This document shows positions 1 through 13,015 of a stretch of 64,000 bases of DNA, piece after piece; positions within the stretch are counted from its first letter, which is position 1; every line of letters starts with the position of its first letter. Both the position numbers and the translations under genes were made by a program. The notes below the pieces were generated by a model. The model saw only the letters and a program-made list of their open reading frames with translations. It was not told the origin of the DNA and ran no database searches. Source of the stretch: Callorhinchus milii (lineage: Eukaryota); the NCBI RefSeq assembly GCF_018977255.1, contig NW_024704742.1:73906001-73970000 (forward strand). The letters are read 5' to 3'.

Positions 1-2062
1 CAGCCGTGCACACTCATCACACAACACAACTACTGGTTCCAATACAACAACAACAGAATTACATTTGTGTGGCGCCTTTCACCTCGGGAGGATGTCCCAA
101 GGCGCTAGACAGTCAGTGTTTCGCACGGTCTTAAATCATAAGACAATAATCAAAAGGCTAAGGACATGTGGGATTTCAGGTCTCAGATCCCAAAGGAAGG
201 GATCTGTGGGATCTAATGCTTAGACAGAATCCACAGAGTAGACAAAATACAACTATCATACTATGTTGAATTGATTTAACATTTTACCAGAAAGACAATA
301 AATTGAAATATCTAATTTCACTTAAAATGATTATTTGAAATAAGGATCAGTTTATTTGATGACATCAGAATATATTAATATAATCCTTGCATTTGATATA
401 TAAATTGCTATTAAAATCATTGAAAATTTGGGTATAGAAGAGGCCATGCAGTTCACTGTTGATAGTTGGTCCCTCACTATAGCTGTCCATTCTTAATCCC
501 ATTCGCCTACTCTTTCCTGATTTTCTTTAAAAATGTTTCTCAAGTATGTATCCAATTTCCTTTCCAACTTATTCCACATTCTAACCTATCTCTGTGTAGG
601 TTAGAAATATGTCTTTGAACTTCCCCCTCCCATTTTCTCCTGGTAATAATATTCAGTTTATACCTTTTTTGTTACTGACTCGCTGATCAGACAAACTATT
701 CTCAGTCTATTTATTCCTATCAATGGCATTCTTAATTTTGTAAACCTCTATCAGATTTCCCCCTTAACCTACACCCTACTTTAGAAGTTGCCCCACCCAT
801 CCAACATCCTTCTGAATGGCCCCATAATAATAATAATCCTTGCAATTGATACAGTGCCTTTCATGTCAGGAGGATATCTCAAGTCACTTCAAAGGATTTT
901 GTGAGCAAACAGAGCAGCCAATTTGTACACAGCAACGTCCCACAACCAGCCATGAAGTGAATGACTTTTAACCTGAATTTGCAGAACACCTCAGTTTAAC
1001 ACTGAAGGACAGTATCTCTAATAATAGAGATTTAGCCATGAGCAATATTGAGCCCAGCTGCAGAGAATCACTTTTATGCGGGTACTTAGAAGAAGCTTTT
1101 CTGAATGTATTGAAAATAATATTGGCGATTAGCTGCAAAAAACAATTAAAAATGATAAATGCCTCCAATATCTTTGCATTTAAGTTTCTTTTGGTGTTGC
1201 GTACATTCTCCTTCGATCAGATGGAAAATGACTCATATTTACAAGCCATAATAAAAATGCATATCAGAATTCTCCTAAAGCTACCATGTATTGTAATGAA
1301 TTCGACAGCATAACCAGTATAACCAGTGTATGAGTGTTCCTAGCTGTAACTAATTGAAGCTAAGAGTAATGTAGAAATTGTCTGTCTCTTAATATTTTGT
1401 CAATGCATATAATTAATTAGTATCATGTTGCTGCTTTTTGGACTCAATTTCTTTCTTTTTTTGCCAGCATTACATCAACTTGACACATTTCACAATGTTG
1501 CTATGTTGTATACCAACAGCCGGGCGGGTGATTTTATGCGGCCCGCGATCATTTCCATCATTCTAACTTCCCTCCCTCCCTGGTGAATGTTTTCCCAGGG
1601 TAGCAGCAGGAGCCGGTGGTTGGGAGGCTCAGCACCCAGACCCAGACCAACCTGGCAGCTTTGCAGGGACACAGCCGACTAACTACCCCGGTTTGCAGAG
1701 AGGGACACATTAATTAATAATAATAATAATAATTAATTATTATTATTAATAATAATCCCTCCAAAATCAAAAACAATAATTAAATTGGTCATTTTCAATC
1801 TACGACTGTTTGTGGGACATTGCTGTGCGCCATTGGCTGCCGCGTTCGCCCACAAATATACAGTCAGTTCACTTTACAGTGTGTTCTGTGAAGCGCTTTG
1901 GGACGTCCTCCCGACGTGAAAAGCGCTATATCAAATGCAAGGATTATTATTATTATTATTATTATTTATTGCAGTCTGTCAGGAAGGCGAGCGCGGCTCT
2001 TATCTACCACGTCTTTAGCAAACAACCATCAGCTCCTGCCGCAGCAGACAGTGACCCGCGCT

Positions 2063-2211
2063 TGGGAGAGAGATTGGGAGAGAGGGGCAAGAGAGAATGG
2101 GAGGGAGAGAGACAGGGGTGGGGAGAGACAGAATGGGGGAGAGAGAGGGGGTAGACAGAGGGGGGGAGACAGAGCGGGTGGGGGAAGAGAGAGGGGCGAG
2201 AGAGGGAAGGG
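2063..2211 (+). repeat. Purine-rich (G/A) low-complexity tract
   Basis: Directly visible. Confidence 0.85.
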
Positions 2212-3324
2212 TCAACCTTCAGCCTGAACCAGGCCAAGAGGCTGTGGTGGTGCCAGGGTTCGGAAGGTACCAATATGAGAGGGCAGAAAGGGCCATTGTA
2301 CAATGTTTTATGCTTTTTGGCGCTGATACTCCTCACAAATCGGCGTCCGCCTTTTTTCCATGAAAGTCCTGAGCCCTTTTGGGGAGCCAGTACACCACTG
2401 TTAAGATGAAAGCGGTCAATAAACAAAACCTGCACTTACCAATTATCTCAAAGAGCAATGCATTGCACGACTCATGATGGCAGGTCTTGTTTTACCAAGA
2501 CATCTTGAGAAACTTACAGTATCGAGCAATTCATTGAATCTCTGAATGATCAAAGGTCAAACCCTAATTTTTATACTGTGCATCAAACACTTGAAATAAA
2601 CAGCATTTAAAAAATTTCAAAGTTTCATAAATAATTCATTACATTTCCGAATGCCCAAGCATGTCAATAGAAGAGAACTGCTGGAACAATTGAAAAAGAA
2701 GAACACGCCATTCTTTTCTGTACATGAAAAGTCAAGATTTGAACTATTTTATTGCCTAATGGGGTAAATACTTGGTTTGGGTCAATTAGAAACAATCTGC
2801 TCCGAAAGCTTTGCTATTGCCCTGCCTATGCAATGACTTCTGTTGCATGTAAGTACCTTGGGATGTCCTCCCGACGTGAAAAGTGCTAGGTAAATGTAAA
2901 TTTGTATTGTTTTGTATACACACCATTACACTTCGGTCTTTGTATTTCAGCTTCAGCTTTATTAAAATTGGGTCTAAAGGAAATAAACTGACATCACCAA
3001 TTCACAATTCAATAGAATACTCCCTTTGCTATAAAACACATATCTATAGTGTTGCTACAGCGGAGATGTTCTCTGTTAATATTAGGTTTAGGGCAAGTAG
3101 ATGATGTATCTTTATAATGGGAAATCCGATCAACCACACGCATCATTAAACATGCCCCCAAACAGAAAATAATAAACAGCTGAATAGGTTACAGAGAGTT
3201 GAACAAGCGCTCTGAAATGCTACCCTGCGTGGAGGGCGCTATATAAGTGCAAGTTGTTGTTGTTACCAGGAAGGGTGTGTTGAAGCCAGGACAATTTTAA
3301 AAATCAGCTTGATGCTTTGATCGG

Positions 3325-5228
3325 AACAACAACAACAATAAAATTACATTTTAGAGCATTTTTCACGTCGAGAGGATGTCCAAAGGTGCTGGACAGTCAG
3401 GAGTCAGGACCCGAGCACGGGGGAGGGAAGGCAGAGAGGTGGGAGGGTGACTGAAGGCACGATCGAAGAGGAGGGTCTTGAGACCGGCCTTGAAGGAGGC
3501 AAGGGAGGAAGCACTACCATCGAGGTGAAGGGATTGTGGGATGGAGTTCCAGAGTGTGGGGGCTGAGAGGCTGAAAGCCCGGATACCGATGGTAGTGCGG
3601 GTCGGGTGGGAGACATGGAGCAGACAGGAGCCCGCTAAATGGAAGGAGTGGGCAGGTTGGTAGGGAGTCAGCAGGTCAGAGACATAGGAGGGGGTAAGGC
3701 CATGGATGGCTTTAAAGGTGAGGACGAGGATCTTGAACTTGATCCTCTGGGGGATGGGGAGCCAGTGGAGTCAGGCGAGGGTGGGAGTCATGGGGTCACG
3801 GAGCCTGGTGCATGAGAGTATACGAGCTTCAGAGTTTTGGATGATCTGCAGCTTGTGAAGGGAATAGTTGGGAAGGCCGATGAGGAGGGAATTTCCATAA
3901 TGAGTTTTGATGTGACGAATGTGTGGGTGAGGGTTTCGGCAGCCTGAGGGGTGAGGCAGTGGCAGAGTCTGGTAATGTTGAGGAAGTGGTGGTAGGCAGT
4001 GCCGGTCATGGGGTGGATGTGGGGGAGAAAGGACAGTTCAGGGTCAAACAAGACACCCAGGTTCCTGACTGGCTTAGTGAGGTTGAGTTTATAGCCATGA
4101 AGGCTGATGCTGCCAGCGCCTGAGGTGCGGAGACGCTGGCGCGAGCCAATCAGGAGGGCCTCGGTCTTGCTGACATTGAGTTGGAGAAAGTTGTCCCTCA
4201 TCCAGGGCTTGATGTCGGACAGGCAGTCAGTCAAGACGCCAATAGTCCTGGAGTTGAGGGTGGAGGCAGAGAGATAGAGTAGGATGTTATCTGCATACAT
4301 GTGGAAATTTACCCCATGTCTGCAGATGATGTCACCAAGGGGGAGCATGTAGAGGGTGAAGAGGAGGGGACCAAGGACAGAGCCCTGAGGAACACTGCAC
4401 AAGATGGTGCGGGAGCTGAAGGAGAAGCCATTTGCAGAGAGAAGTGGAGTCGGTGTAAAAAATAGGACCTGAACCAGTCAAGGACAGAACCTTGAAGGTT
4501 GAGGTGGGAGGAGAGGCGGTGGAGGAGGATTAAATAGTCCACAGTATCAAAGGCGGTGGAAAGGTCGAGGAGGACGAGGAGGCAGAGGGAGCCCTGGTCA
4601 CACATGGTCAGGATGTCATTTGTGACCTTGACCCGAGCAGTTTTTGTGCTGTGGGCATCACAGAAATCCGATTGGAGGGGCTCATGGAGGGAATGAGAGG
4701 AGAGGAAAGAGCGAAGCTGGGAGGCAATGGCTCTCTCAAGGACCTTGGACAGAAAAGGGAGGTGGGGGATGGGCCAGTTAAGGATAGTTGTGATGGGTCA
4801 AGGGAAGGTTTATTCAAGGTGGGGGTGATAGTGGCTGTTTTGAGGGGAGTAGGAACAGTACCAGATGACAGGTACTTATCATGAGTTAATGATGTCAGCG
4901 AGTAGTGGGGCAAGGAGGTGGAGCTGGGATTTAAGGAGAGGGGTGAGGATGGGGTCCAGGGAGCAGGTGGTGGGCTTCATGGAGGATATGGTGGTGATGA
5001 CAGAGTAGAGGGTGACAGGTTCGAAGGTGTGGAAGGAGGGATGGATAATAGTCGGAGTGTGGGGGGTGGGTAAGGAGGGGGTGGAAGTTGGGAGGGCAGT
5101 GGCAGCATTTCCTTGCAGTGGGAGTTGGAGGAAAGAATCTGTGAGGCTTGGCGGGGAGGGCTGAGGAGCCAGTTGGTGGTGGAGAACAGGAGCCTGGGGT
5201 TGCCCTTCGCCTCCAGGATTAACCTGGG
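3325..5228 (-). mobile_element. L2-clade LINE, 5'-truncated, decayed RT with (GTT)n tail
   Basis: VPQGSVLGP, YADN, LLDLSTAFDTVD motifs in ORFs 3788..4402 and 4309..4605; frameshifts. Confidence 0.9.
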
Positions 5229-5474
5229 AAGATGGTAAAGTGGGTATCCTGACAGGATGAGATCAGATGAGCCAAAGGGCCTACTTCATCTGAACCTCTC
5301 TTATGATCTTGTAATATTATGCCTTGTAAGAGATTTAGCAAATACATGATTCCTTATTATAGATTCTGTGTTGTTCCTAATAGAAGGCCGGGTATGCACT
5401 CCAAAGCCCCTAGAATTTCATTCTTAAAATGATCAACATCACTTATAAGAAAGATTGATGCACTGGGGTTGTAA

Positions 5475-5904
5475 TCCATACTAATGAAGACAAAATGTCT
5501 GTGTGTCTGTCTGTTATCCAATAATGCAATAACCGGTTGGCGTAGAGACATGATTTATACCTCATCGGAAAAGCTAGTGGGAGTGTCATGCGCATATTAT
5601 GTTTGGGGGATCTCCTACCGTGACCTAAACAAGCTCATCACACATGTATGAAATCCAACAAGGAGCCCTCTCAACACAAGTCCTCCCAACAGGAGTCCTC
5701 CCACAGGAGTCCTCCCAAAAGGATATTTATGAAACTATGTGAACAAGGGAAGCTAACAAGTTCAATAGCACATCTTCTTAATATTTAGGGCTAAAGATGC
5801 CTAAGAAGCGAAGATCAAGCCTTCAAGGACAAAATGCCAGTAGAAAAAGAGAAGGACGATTAAATGAAACTGGTTGCAAGGGTAACTGCACCGGGTACAG
5901 CTAG
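5475..5904 (+). mobile_element. Non-autonomous Helitron-like element, copy 1
   Basis: A|TCCATACTAAT 5' end followed by GTCT microsatellite; subterminal TGCA..TGCA hairpin; CTAG|T 3' end; homologous to 48675-49224. Confidence 0.72.
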
Positions 5905-8104
5905 TAACCAAACTGAATGAAACTGATAGCAATGAGTCAATGACTTTATTCTAGGTGTGTGTTGTATGGATTGCAGATTCACGTGGTCAGCCTTGAGCAA
6001 TACAATAGTCTAATGCAAAGTGGAGTTATATACATTAGAAGGTTCATGGATACAATGATGTATTGGATTGATTGAAGCTTACTTTTACATGACATCGGTT
6101 ATTGCAATATGTTTGTGCGTGTGTATATGTGTATACACTTGACACTACAGATCATTGTGAGATGAAGATGGCATTGTTTTTTGGGGTCAGCCGGGTGTCT
6201 GACACATGTGGAAACCCATCCCCATGCTTAAGAGTATCCAAACCAAGCTGAGATTTCCATGCATCCCACCTACACATGAAAATCTCAGAGATCGATTGTT
6301 GAAATGTAATGCGCACTCTCTCCCTGGAGGAACACATCCTGCTTACCTGATTCCGGAAAGTATTAGGTGCAGGTTGGCGAGAGCCAAAGCTTGGGCACCC
6401 CAGAATGTGCGTTGGAGTAACTGATGGAGTCTAACCAACCAGTGGAGCCTGGCGAGGACTGGTGTGATGGTGGGAATATGGGTGGTAGAGTTCTGAATCA
6501 GTTGTAGTTTGTGGGTAATGGAGCTGGGGAGAGCAGCGAAGAGGACATTAGAATAGTCGAGACGGGAAGTAATAGGCAATGATTACAATTAAATTGCCAG
6601 CCTCACAATTTGCTTGCTGTAGTGCCCTGTCTGGCCACTGGTGACACTGCCATCCCTCTAGTGGCTCCAGATTTCAAATCATCTGCTGCAATCTTGGATT
6701 CCAACCTTGACGTGAACGATCAGAGTTTTTGGTTTGGGCTCTTAGACAGTAAACTAAGCCAGTAAGGAACATTTAATGAATGCCACAACATTTACCCCAA
6801 CATTACTTAAATTCAGAACGAGACATGTTTAGGCATAACGCAATTTTATCCTTATTATAAAAACTGACAGAGATTTCTGCATAGGTCTTCAAAGGAATAC
6901 AAAGCAATTTTGCTGAAGTAGTGAAGCTGTAAAATAATGATCAGTATCAGAAGGGCATGAATTGTGTTGATATAAAAGCAGCTCACTTCCTTGAATGCTG
7001 ATGGTGTCGCTCTGCCCTGGTTCAGATTGCTTAAGGGAGGAGAGGGAGCGGCTATCAGCTGGTTTGCCTGTTAATTACATTTCCCCCAAATCTGGAGATT
7101 CATTGCACACTTTTACCCTCCAGGCTTTCTCAAGGCGAATTATAATTCTATATTTCTAATCTCTTGAAAATGAGCTGGTAGTTGGTACAGAGGAACCAGC
7201 CTCCACTCTCTGGAATCTGAAGCAATCCACGTAAGACTATGAGAACGTAATAATTGCTAGATAAAAAAAAGACGAAGGTCCATCTAGTTCACCTTCCACC
7301 TTCCTGGCAGTCGCATGCACATATGTCCCGAACTACCCATGTACTGTATCCCATAAGGTTATTTCCTAAAAGAAAACTGTCTAATCCATATTGGAAGATG
7401 AGTTTTCATAACAACTCTTTCCCTTTGGATTCATTTCTTGCTCTTTTATTTTAGTACCTTGTCCAATATAAATATAGCCACCGGAATAAATACATCTAGC
7501 AGTACACAGGTATCTGCCCTGAATGTGACCAAGGTTACTCCAAAGGAATTGAATATTTTTTTTACTTGCAAGAGTCAAGATATTTTTTTGATTTCACACA
7601 ATCATGCAATCCTTTATTTCAGGTCACCTCATACACCCTGACCATTGGCACTACACTACTTTGTTTTCGTTTTTTTTCACTTTTCACTTCGTCATCCAAA
7701 AACTGCAAATGACCATACTATAAATGGCAAGTCATGGCTGGTCAATGGGTTGGCTCCAAATAAGTCTTCTCTCTGACTTTACTTAGACTTTCCTGCAGTA
7801 AGAATAGAATTCCTTCAGTTCACCTCAGGAATAGAAGGACACATATTTACAAATGTTGCTGGTTTGTAATATTAGCTGGGAAGAGGTTCATGGAGTTAGT
7901 GGGTGAGTGGTGACCTCCTGAACTGCATAAAACAATGACTTTACCATCTTTTTTATAACTTTCAAATGCCTTCATGCCCTTGTCTTATCCTTGTGACTTT
8001 CTCTGTTGCTATTTCCAGAACTAAGTAAACAAGTGAAGACAATGAAGGGTTGGCCACGAGAGAGGTGGAAAACTAAAAGGTTTTGGGTGTGATTGTTGCA
8101 CCAA

Positions 8105-8560
8105 ACTCTACTCCCCGATTACCCAGTCCTTGCCAGAATGCACTGGCTGCCTATCCCAGAGAGGATCAACTTCAAGATCCTCACCCTTGTCTTCAAATCC
8201 CTCCATTCCTTTGCACCCCCCTACCTCTCTGACCTCCTCTCTCCTCACAACGGTGCCCGCTGCCTTCGCTCCACCGGGTCTGGCCTCCTCCTTGTCCCCC
8301 AAGTCCTCCATTCCACCATCGGCAGCCGTGCCTTCAGCCACTGTGCCCCGAGGCTCTGGAACTCCCTTCCTCAATCGCTTCGCCTCGCCCCCTCTCTTCC
8401 TATTTTCAGGTCTCGGCTGAAGACCTTTCTTTTCGACCGTGCCTTTGGTCATCTTCCTCCCCCTCCCCCTGGCTCGGCCCCGGGATCCGTTACTGTCAAG
8501 TGCACTGAGACGCTGTCCGGTGTGAAAGGCGCTATATAAATCCAAGTTGTTGTTGTTGTC
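8105..8560 (+). mobile_element. L2 LINE 3' end
   Basis: HWLPI..RINFKIL and PRLWNSLP motifs; (GTT)n tail. Confidence 0.88.
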
Positions 8561-8579
8561 GCTGATCGTTTTAACATAT

Positions 8580-8925
8580 TTGGAGTCCTGTAGCTCAGTG
8601 GTTAGAGCACTCGCCTCGCAAGCGAGACACCTGGATTGATTCCTGGCAGGGCGAAATGTTGGGGAAGTTTTCTCAATCCACATGCCTCTGCTTACCTAGC
8701 AGTAAGTAGGAACTCAGTTATTAGTCGATTGGTGGAACGCCTAATTCCTTAACAAAAAATTGATCACTTCAATCTACGACTGTTTGTGGGACACTGCTGT
8801 GCGCACATTGGCTGCCGCATTTTGTCCACAAAATATGTAGTCAATTCATTTTACAGTATTCGGTGAAGCTTAAGACATCTCAAAGACGAGATAAGGCGCT
8901 ATATCAATTGCAGGGATTATTTTTA
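8580..8925 (+). mobile_element. tRNA-Ala-derived SINE
   Basis: A box TAGCTCAGTGG, anticodon-like stem CTCGC..GCGAG, body shared with other copies, (ATT)n tail. Confidence 0.88.
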
Positions 8926-9049
8926 TATTTACTGAAGGTTTCCAAACAACGTAAAGTTCTTAACAACAAAACTATTTAAATACTGGGTCACATCTCAAGA
9001 GCATTTGACAACAAGTTGTAAAAAAAATTCAAACCTTTGTGTAGGTTGC

Positions 9050-9628
9050 TGGTACACACCTTCATTACATCGAGGCTCAACTATTGCAAACTCACTGCTT
9101 ATCGGCCTCCCCATCTCCTCCCTCCATAGGCTGCAGATCATCCAGAATCTGTAGCCCATGTCCTCTCCCGCACTAGGCTCCACGATCCTATCACCCCCAT
9201 CCTCGCCCAACTCCACTGGCTTCCCATCACACAGAAGATACAGTTCAAGATCCTGGTCCTCTCCTTCAAAGCCCTCCACGGTCTTGCTCCCCCTATCTCT
9301 CCGACCTCCTAACCCCCTACCATCCTGTTCGGTCCATCCGCTCAGCAGGCTCCGGCCTGCTTCACATCCCCCGCCTCGCTTGCCCGACTATCGGCGGGCG
9401 GGCCTTCCGCCACTGCACCCACCCTCTGGAACTCCATTCCGCAGTCCCTCCGTCTCACCCGCTACCTTCAAGACTCACCTCAAGACCCTCCTCTTCGACC
9501 GTGCTTTCGATCTCCCTGCTTCCCCCCCTGTCCCCCTCCCCACCCCGACTTCAGCTCGGATCCATAACTCTGTCTGCCCAGTGCCTTGAAAGGCACTATA
9601 TAAATGTAATTTTGTTGTTGTTGTTATT
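9050..9628 (+). mobile_element. L2 LINE 3' fragment
   Basis: Homologous to the other L2 3' ends; (GTT)n tail. Confidence 0.85.
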
Positions 9629-9854
9629 GGTAAGGACACATTGGAACTCTGGGATCAACTCTGGTTTGTTTCATGTGATATTTATAATAATAATAAAAAT
9701 AAGCCTTGCATTTGATATCGCGCTTTTCACGTCTTCTAGACGTCTCAAAGCGCTTCACAGAATAGACTGTAAAGTGAATTGACTGTATATATTGTGGGTG
9801 AAACGGGGCAGCCAATTGCGGATAGTCGTGGATTGAAGTGACAAAATTGAGAAA

Positions 9855-10505
9855 TTTGAGAAATCAAGGCAAGAGGCAATGATAGCATGGATGAGAGTTT
9901 CAGCAGCATTTGGTGTGAGATAGAGGCAGAGGCAGGTAATATGACAGAAGTGAATGAAAGCAATCTTGTTTAGGGACCATATGTGGGGCAGGAAGAACAG
10001 CTAAGGATCGAAAAGGACACCAAAGTTGCGAACTGGTTCAGTGAATTTGAGAGGTTGATTGGGAGGTTGAGGTGGTCAGAGCCAGAGGTGAGGAGATGTT
10101 GGCGAGAGGTGAGGAGGATGACTTGTCTATTCTGGGCTATAAGAAGTTGGTGCTCATCCAAGTCTTGATGTCTGACACGATGGAAGCCAGAATATCAGCA
10201 GACCTAGGGTCGTGGCTAGAGGAGGAAAAGTAGTACATCTGCCGATGATATCACCAAGAAGGAGCATGTAAATGAAGAAAAAGGAGGGGTAAGCACTGAG
10301 GTATCCCTCAAGTGATCATGCAAGGACAGGAGGAGAAACCATTGGATGAGACAAAATGAAGGTGGTCTATTAGGATTTGAACTAGGTGAGTGGGATCCCT
10401 CGAGGGTTGGATGAGGGAGGATAGTTTTCCAGGCTCTGTGAGAAGGGTTGCTGTGTGGTTCTAGAAATACATGAATCAAAGCAACACTTGTCAGATTTAT
10501 CAGGG
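9855..10505 (-). mobile_element. Old, highly decayed L2 RT fragment
   Basis: Patchy similarity to 3900-4560. Confidence 0.6.
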
Positions 10506-11547
10506 GCGGGTCAACAATGGGACACGGTAATTGTTTCAGACAAGCAGACTCGTTGGATCAGAAGGTTAAGAAAGGTTAATGTCAGCTTGCACAAGAACAT
10601 GAACTGAGTCACAATTAACTTCATTCAACTCATATACTAACTCTAACCGGCCAATATGGTTCACCAGCTGCTAAATTTAGCACATGCTTGGAATGACCAG
10701 GGCATGGATTAGATTTTAGAAAATAGTTGCTAAACTGGTTGTTTAGTCCCAGTAGAGTTATGTGCACTCAATATCAGGTTACTGTGAGAGAGAGGATTGT
10801 GTGTTTAGACAGTAATTGAGCATGCTATATTTTGCTTGAAAGGGATCGTCTGAGTTTTCTTTTCAATGAAATGACGTGTAAGAGCAATTGGTATGTCACT
10901 CCATTGTTACAGAAGAGCCACAGTGCTTTCAGAGTGGTATTTAAACAGCTGATGTATGCTGACTGGACTAAGTTGAAAAGTGATGTGAGCTCAGGAATTC
11001 TTCTGAATTCTTCTGAATTGAATTTCAAATGTCATGTTGCAACATATTTGGTGTTGCAAAGCAAACATAGCACTCCCTAGTCAAAGACACTTAAACAAAG
11101 AGGAATAACACTTTTACGTCACTAATTTATCTCAGGAACAATGCATAATGTACAATGGCTGGTTTCCAGGACTGCAGATATGGCAAGACCTGTCACTCAC
11201 AGTCAGATCAGCTGTTCACAGCAGAGAGTGTGCTGAGAGAAAAGCTATCCGATATTAGTGGCATTCCCAGCTCACTGAGGCCCTAGTAAAATTAAACATT
11301 TGCAGCACAGGTAAAAATCTCAGAGCTCCTGATATCTGCCACAGGAATTCCTGACTATTATTATTTGCTAATAATTTTATGTTGATGCTCTTAATTTACT
11401 CTAGATGTAGATCTAGATGTTTCACTGCAGTCCCGTTTGCCTGTTCTGATGGACATTAGAGATTCCATGGCATAATGTGAAAAGGGCAGGGATTTTTCCC
11501 ATTGTCCTGGCCAACAATCCTCCAGATAAAATTAATTGCTAGAGCTT

Positions 11548-11950
11548 CACAAGCGAGACACCTGGGTTTGATTCCTGGGCAGGGGGGAATGTTGGGCAAG
11601 TTTCCTTACTCCACATGCCTCTGGTTACGTAGCAGTAAGTAGCCTGATGATTAGTTGGATTGACGGATCGCTTTTCCGGGGGTAATAATCTCTTTAAAAA
11701 ATTGGTCACTTCAATCCACAACTATTTGTGGGACGCTGCTGTGTGCAATTGGCTGTCACATTTCGCCCACAAAATATACAGTCAATTCACTTTACAGTGT
11801 GTTCTGTGAAGCGCTTTGGGATGTCCTCCTGACATGAAAAGCGCTATAACAAATGCAAGGATTATTATTATTATTCTGTGAAGCGCTTTGAGACGTCTAG
11901 AAGACATGATAAGGTGCGATATCAAATGCATAGATTATTATTATTATTAC
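11548..11950 (+). mobile_element. tRNA-Ala-derived SINE (5'-clipped) with a second tandem tail
   Basis: Body homology; two (ATT)n tails. Confidence 0.8.
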
Positions 11951-12199
11951 TATTATCACTTCCTGGTTGTCTTTGGGACACTACTGTGGGCAAACTGGCT
12001 CCTGCATTCCTCCACATAATATGCAGTCGCTGCACCTTACAGAAATGTTGTGAACATCTTTGATGTTATAGGTGAAATATCAAATGTGTGGATTATTATT
12101 ATTAATACTCCACTCCGCATCTCAAAAAGTTGAGGTGTATGAATATTAATGCATAAAGTATAAACCAACCTTTGCCAAAGGGCACTCTGATTGTCCTTA

Positions 12200-13015
12200 T
12201 ATTTGTTTGACAGCAAGGTTCCAGTGCACGTCAAGCTTGCGGGAAGTAAGACCAGTGTGCAAACAGTTCTCATTTATCGATTGGAGCTCCTGGGGATGCA
12301 GTGGAGAGGCTTCCTTCAACCCATTTGCGAGGTCAAGGATCGAGCAGTGAGGTGGTTTGTGGCAAACATGGGAAGCGGCTACAGGGAAGGAGGGCTCCTG
12401 CCAACACTGACCTGTCACTAAGCACGCTAGAGGCAGAATCAGCTTCACAGCAGGCATGTTTATTTGCCAAAGGCCTCTCACATGAGGACCTGGGTTGAGC
12501 AGCTTGATACCGTGGCATTGGACTTGAATCCCAAGAACATGACTGGCATGTCACAAGCTGTCCTATAAAGATCCTCCCATTACTTTGAAGGCAGATGTCT
12601 GCCAGATAGCTGATGAGAAAAATCTGAGGTTTGGGGCGACAGCTGGTGGAAGGCTTTATCTGGAGTCCGAGTTTATGAACACACATTTATACATCCTGAG
12701 CCTGGAATCCACCTTGATTGGCCAGCAGAGAGGAAAGCAGATGCTGCTTAAGCTCTGCACTGCTAACTGGTGGAACCATCTCTCAATGGGAAGGGATACA
12801 TGTTCGAGTTGTGGGCAAGAAGATGGTGGCAATGATCTCACGCATTTCATGCTGAGCTGTGTTGCCCACCAGGAAGCTCACAAGGAGTTCCTGGTTTCTA
12901 CCATCCGCCTAGTGGTGGCTCAAACCCATGTTTATCAGAAGTCAGATGACCTGACTAGTGACTATCCTCCTTGGGAGGGAGGCAAGTGGTAAGGATTATT
13001 CTTACGATTATTATA
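12200..13015 (+). mobile_element. Decayed non-LTR retrotransposon ORF2 C-terminus with CCHC zinc knuckle
   Basis: ORF 12585..12992 contains LLKLCT...CSSC-x9-HFMLSC; no similarity to the L2/CR1 copies here; clade uncertain. Confidence 0.5.

Noticed and set aside
1500..2440. CpG-containing patches as a first exon or promoter
   Set aside because: No DGKQ-like coding signal and interrupted by a SINE; may be regulatory, but the sequence alone cannot support that.
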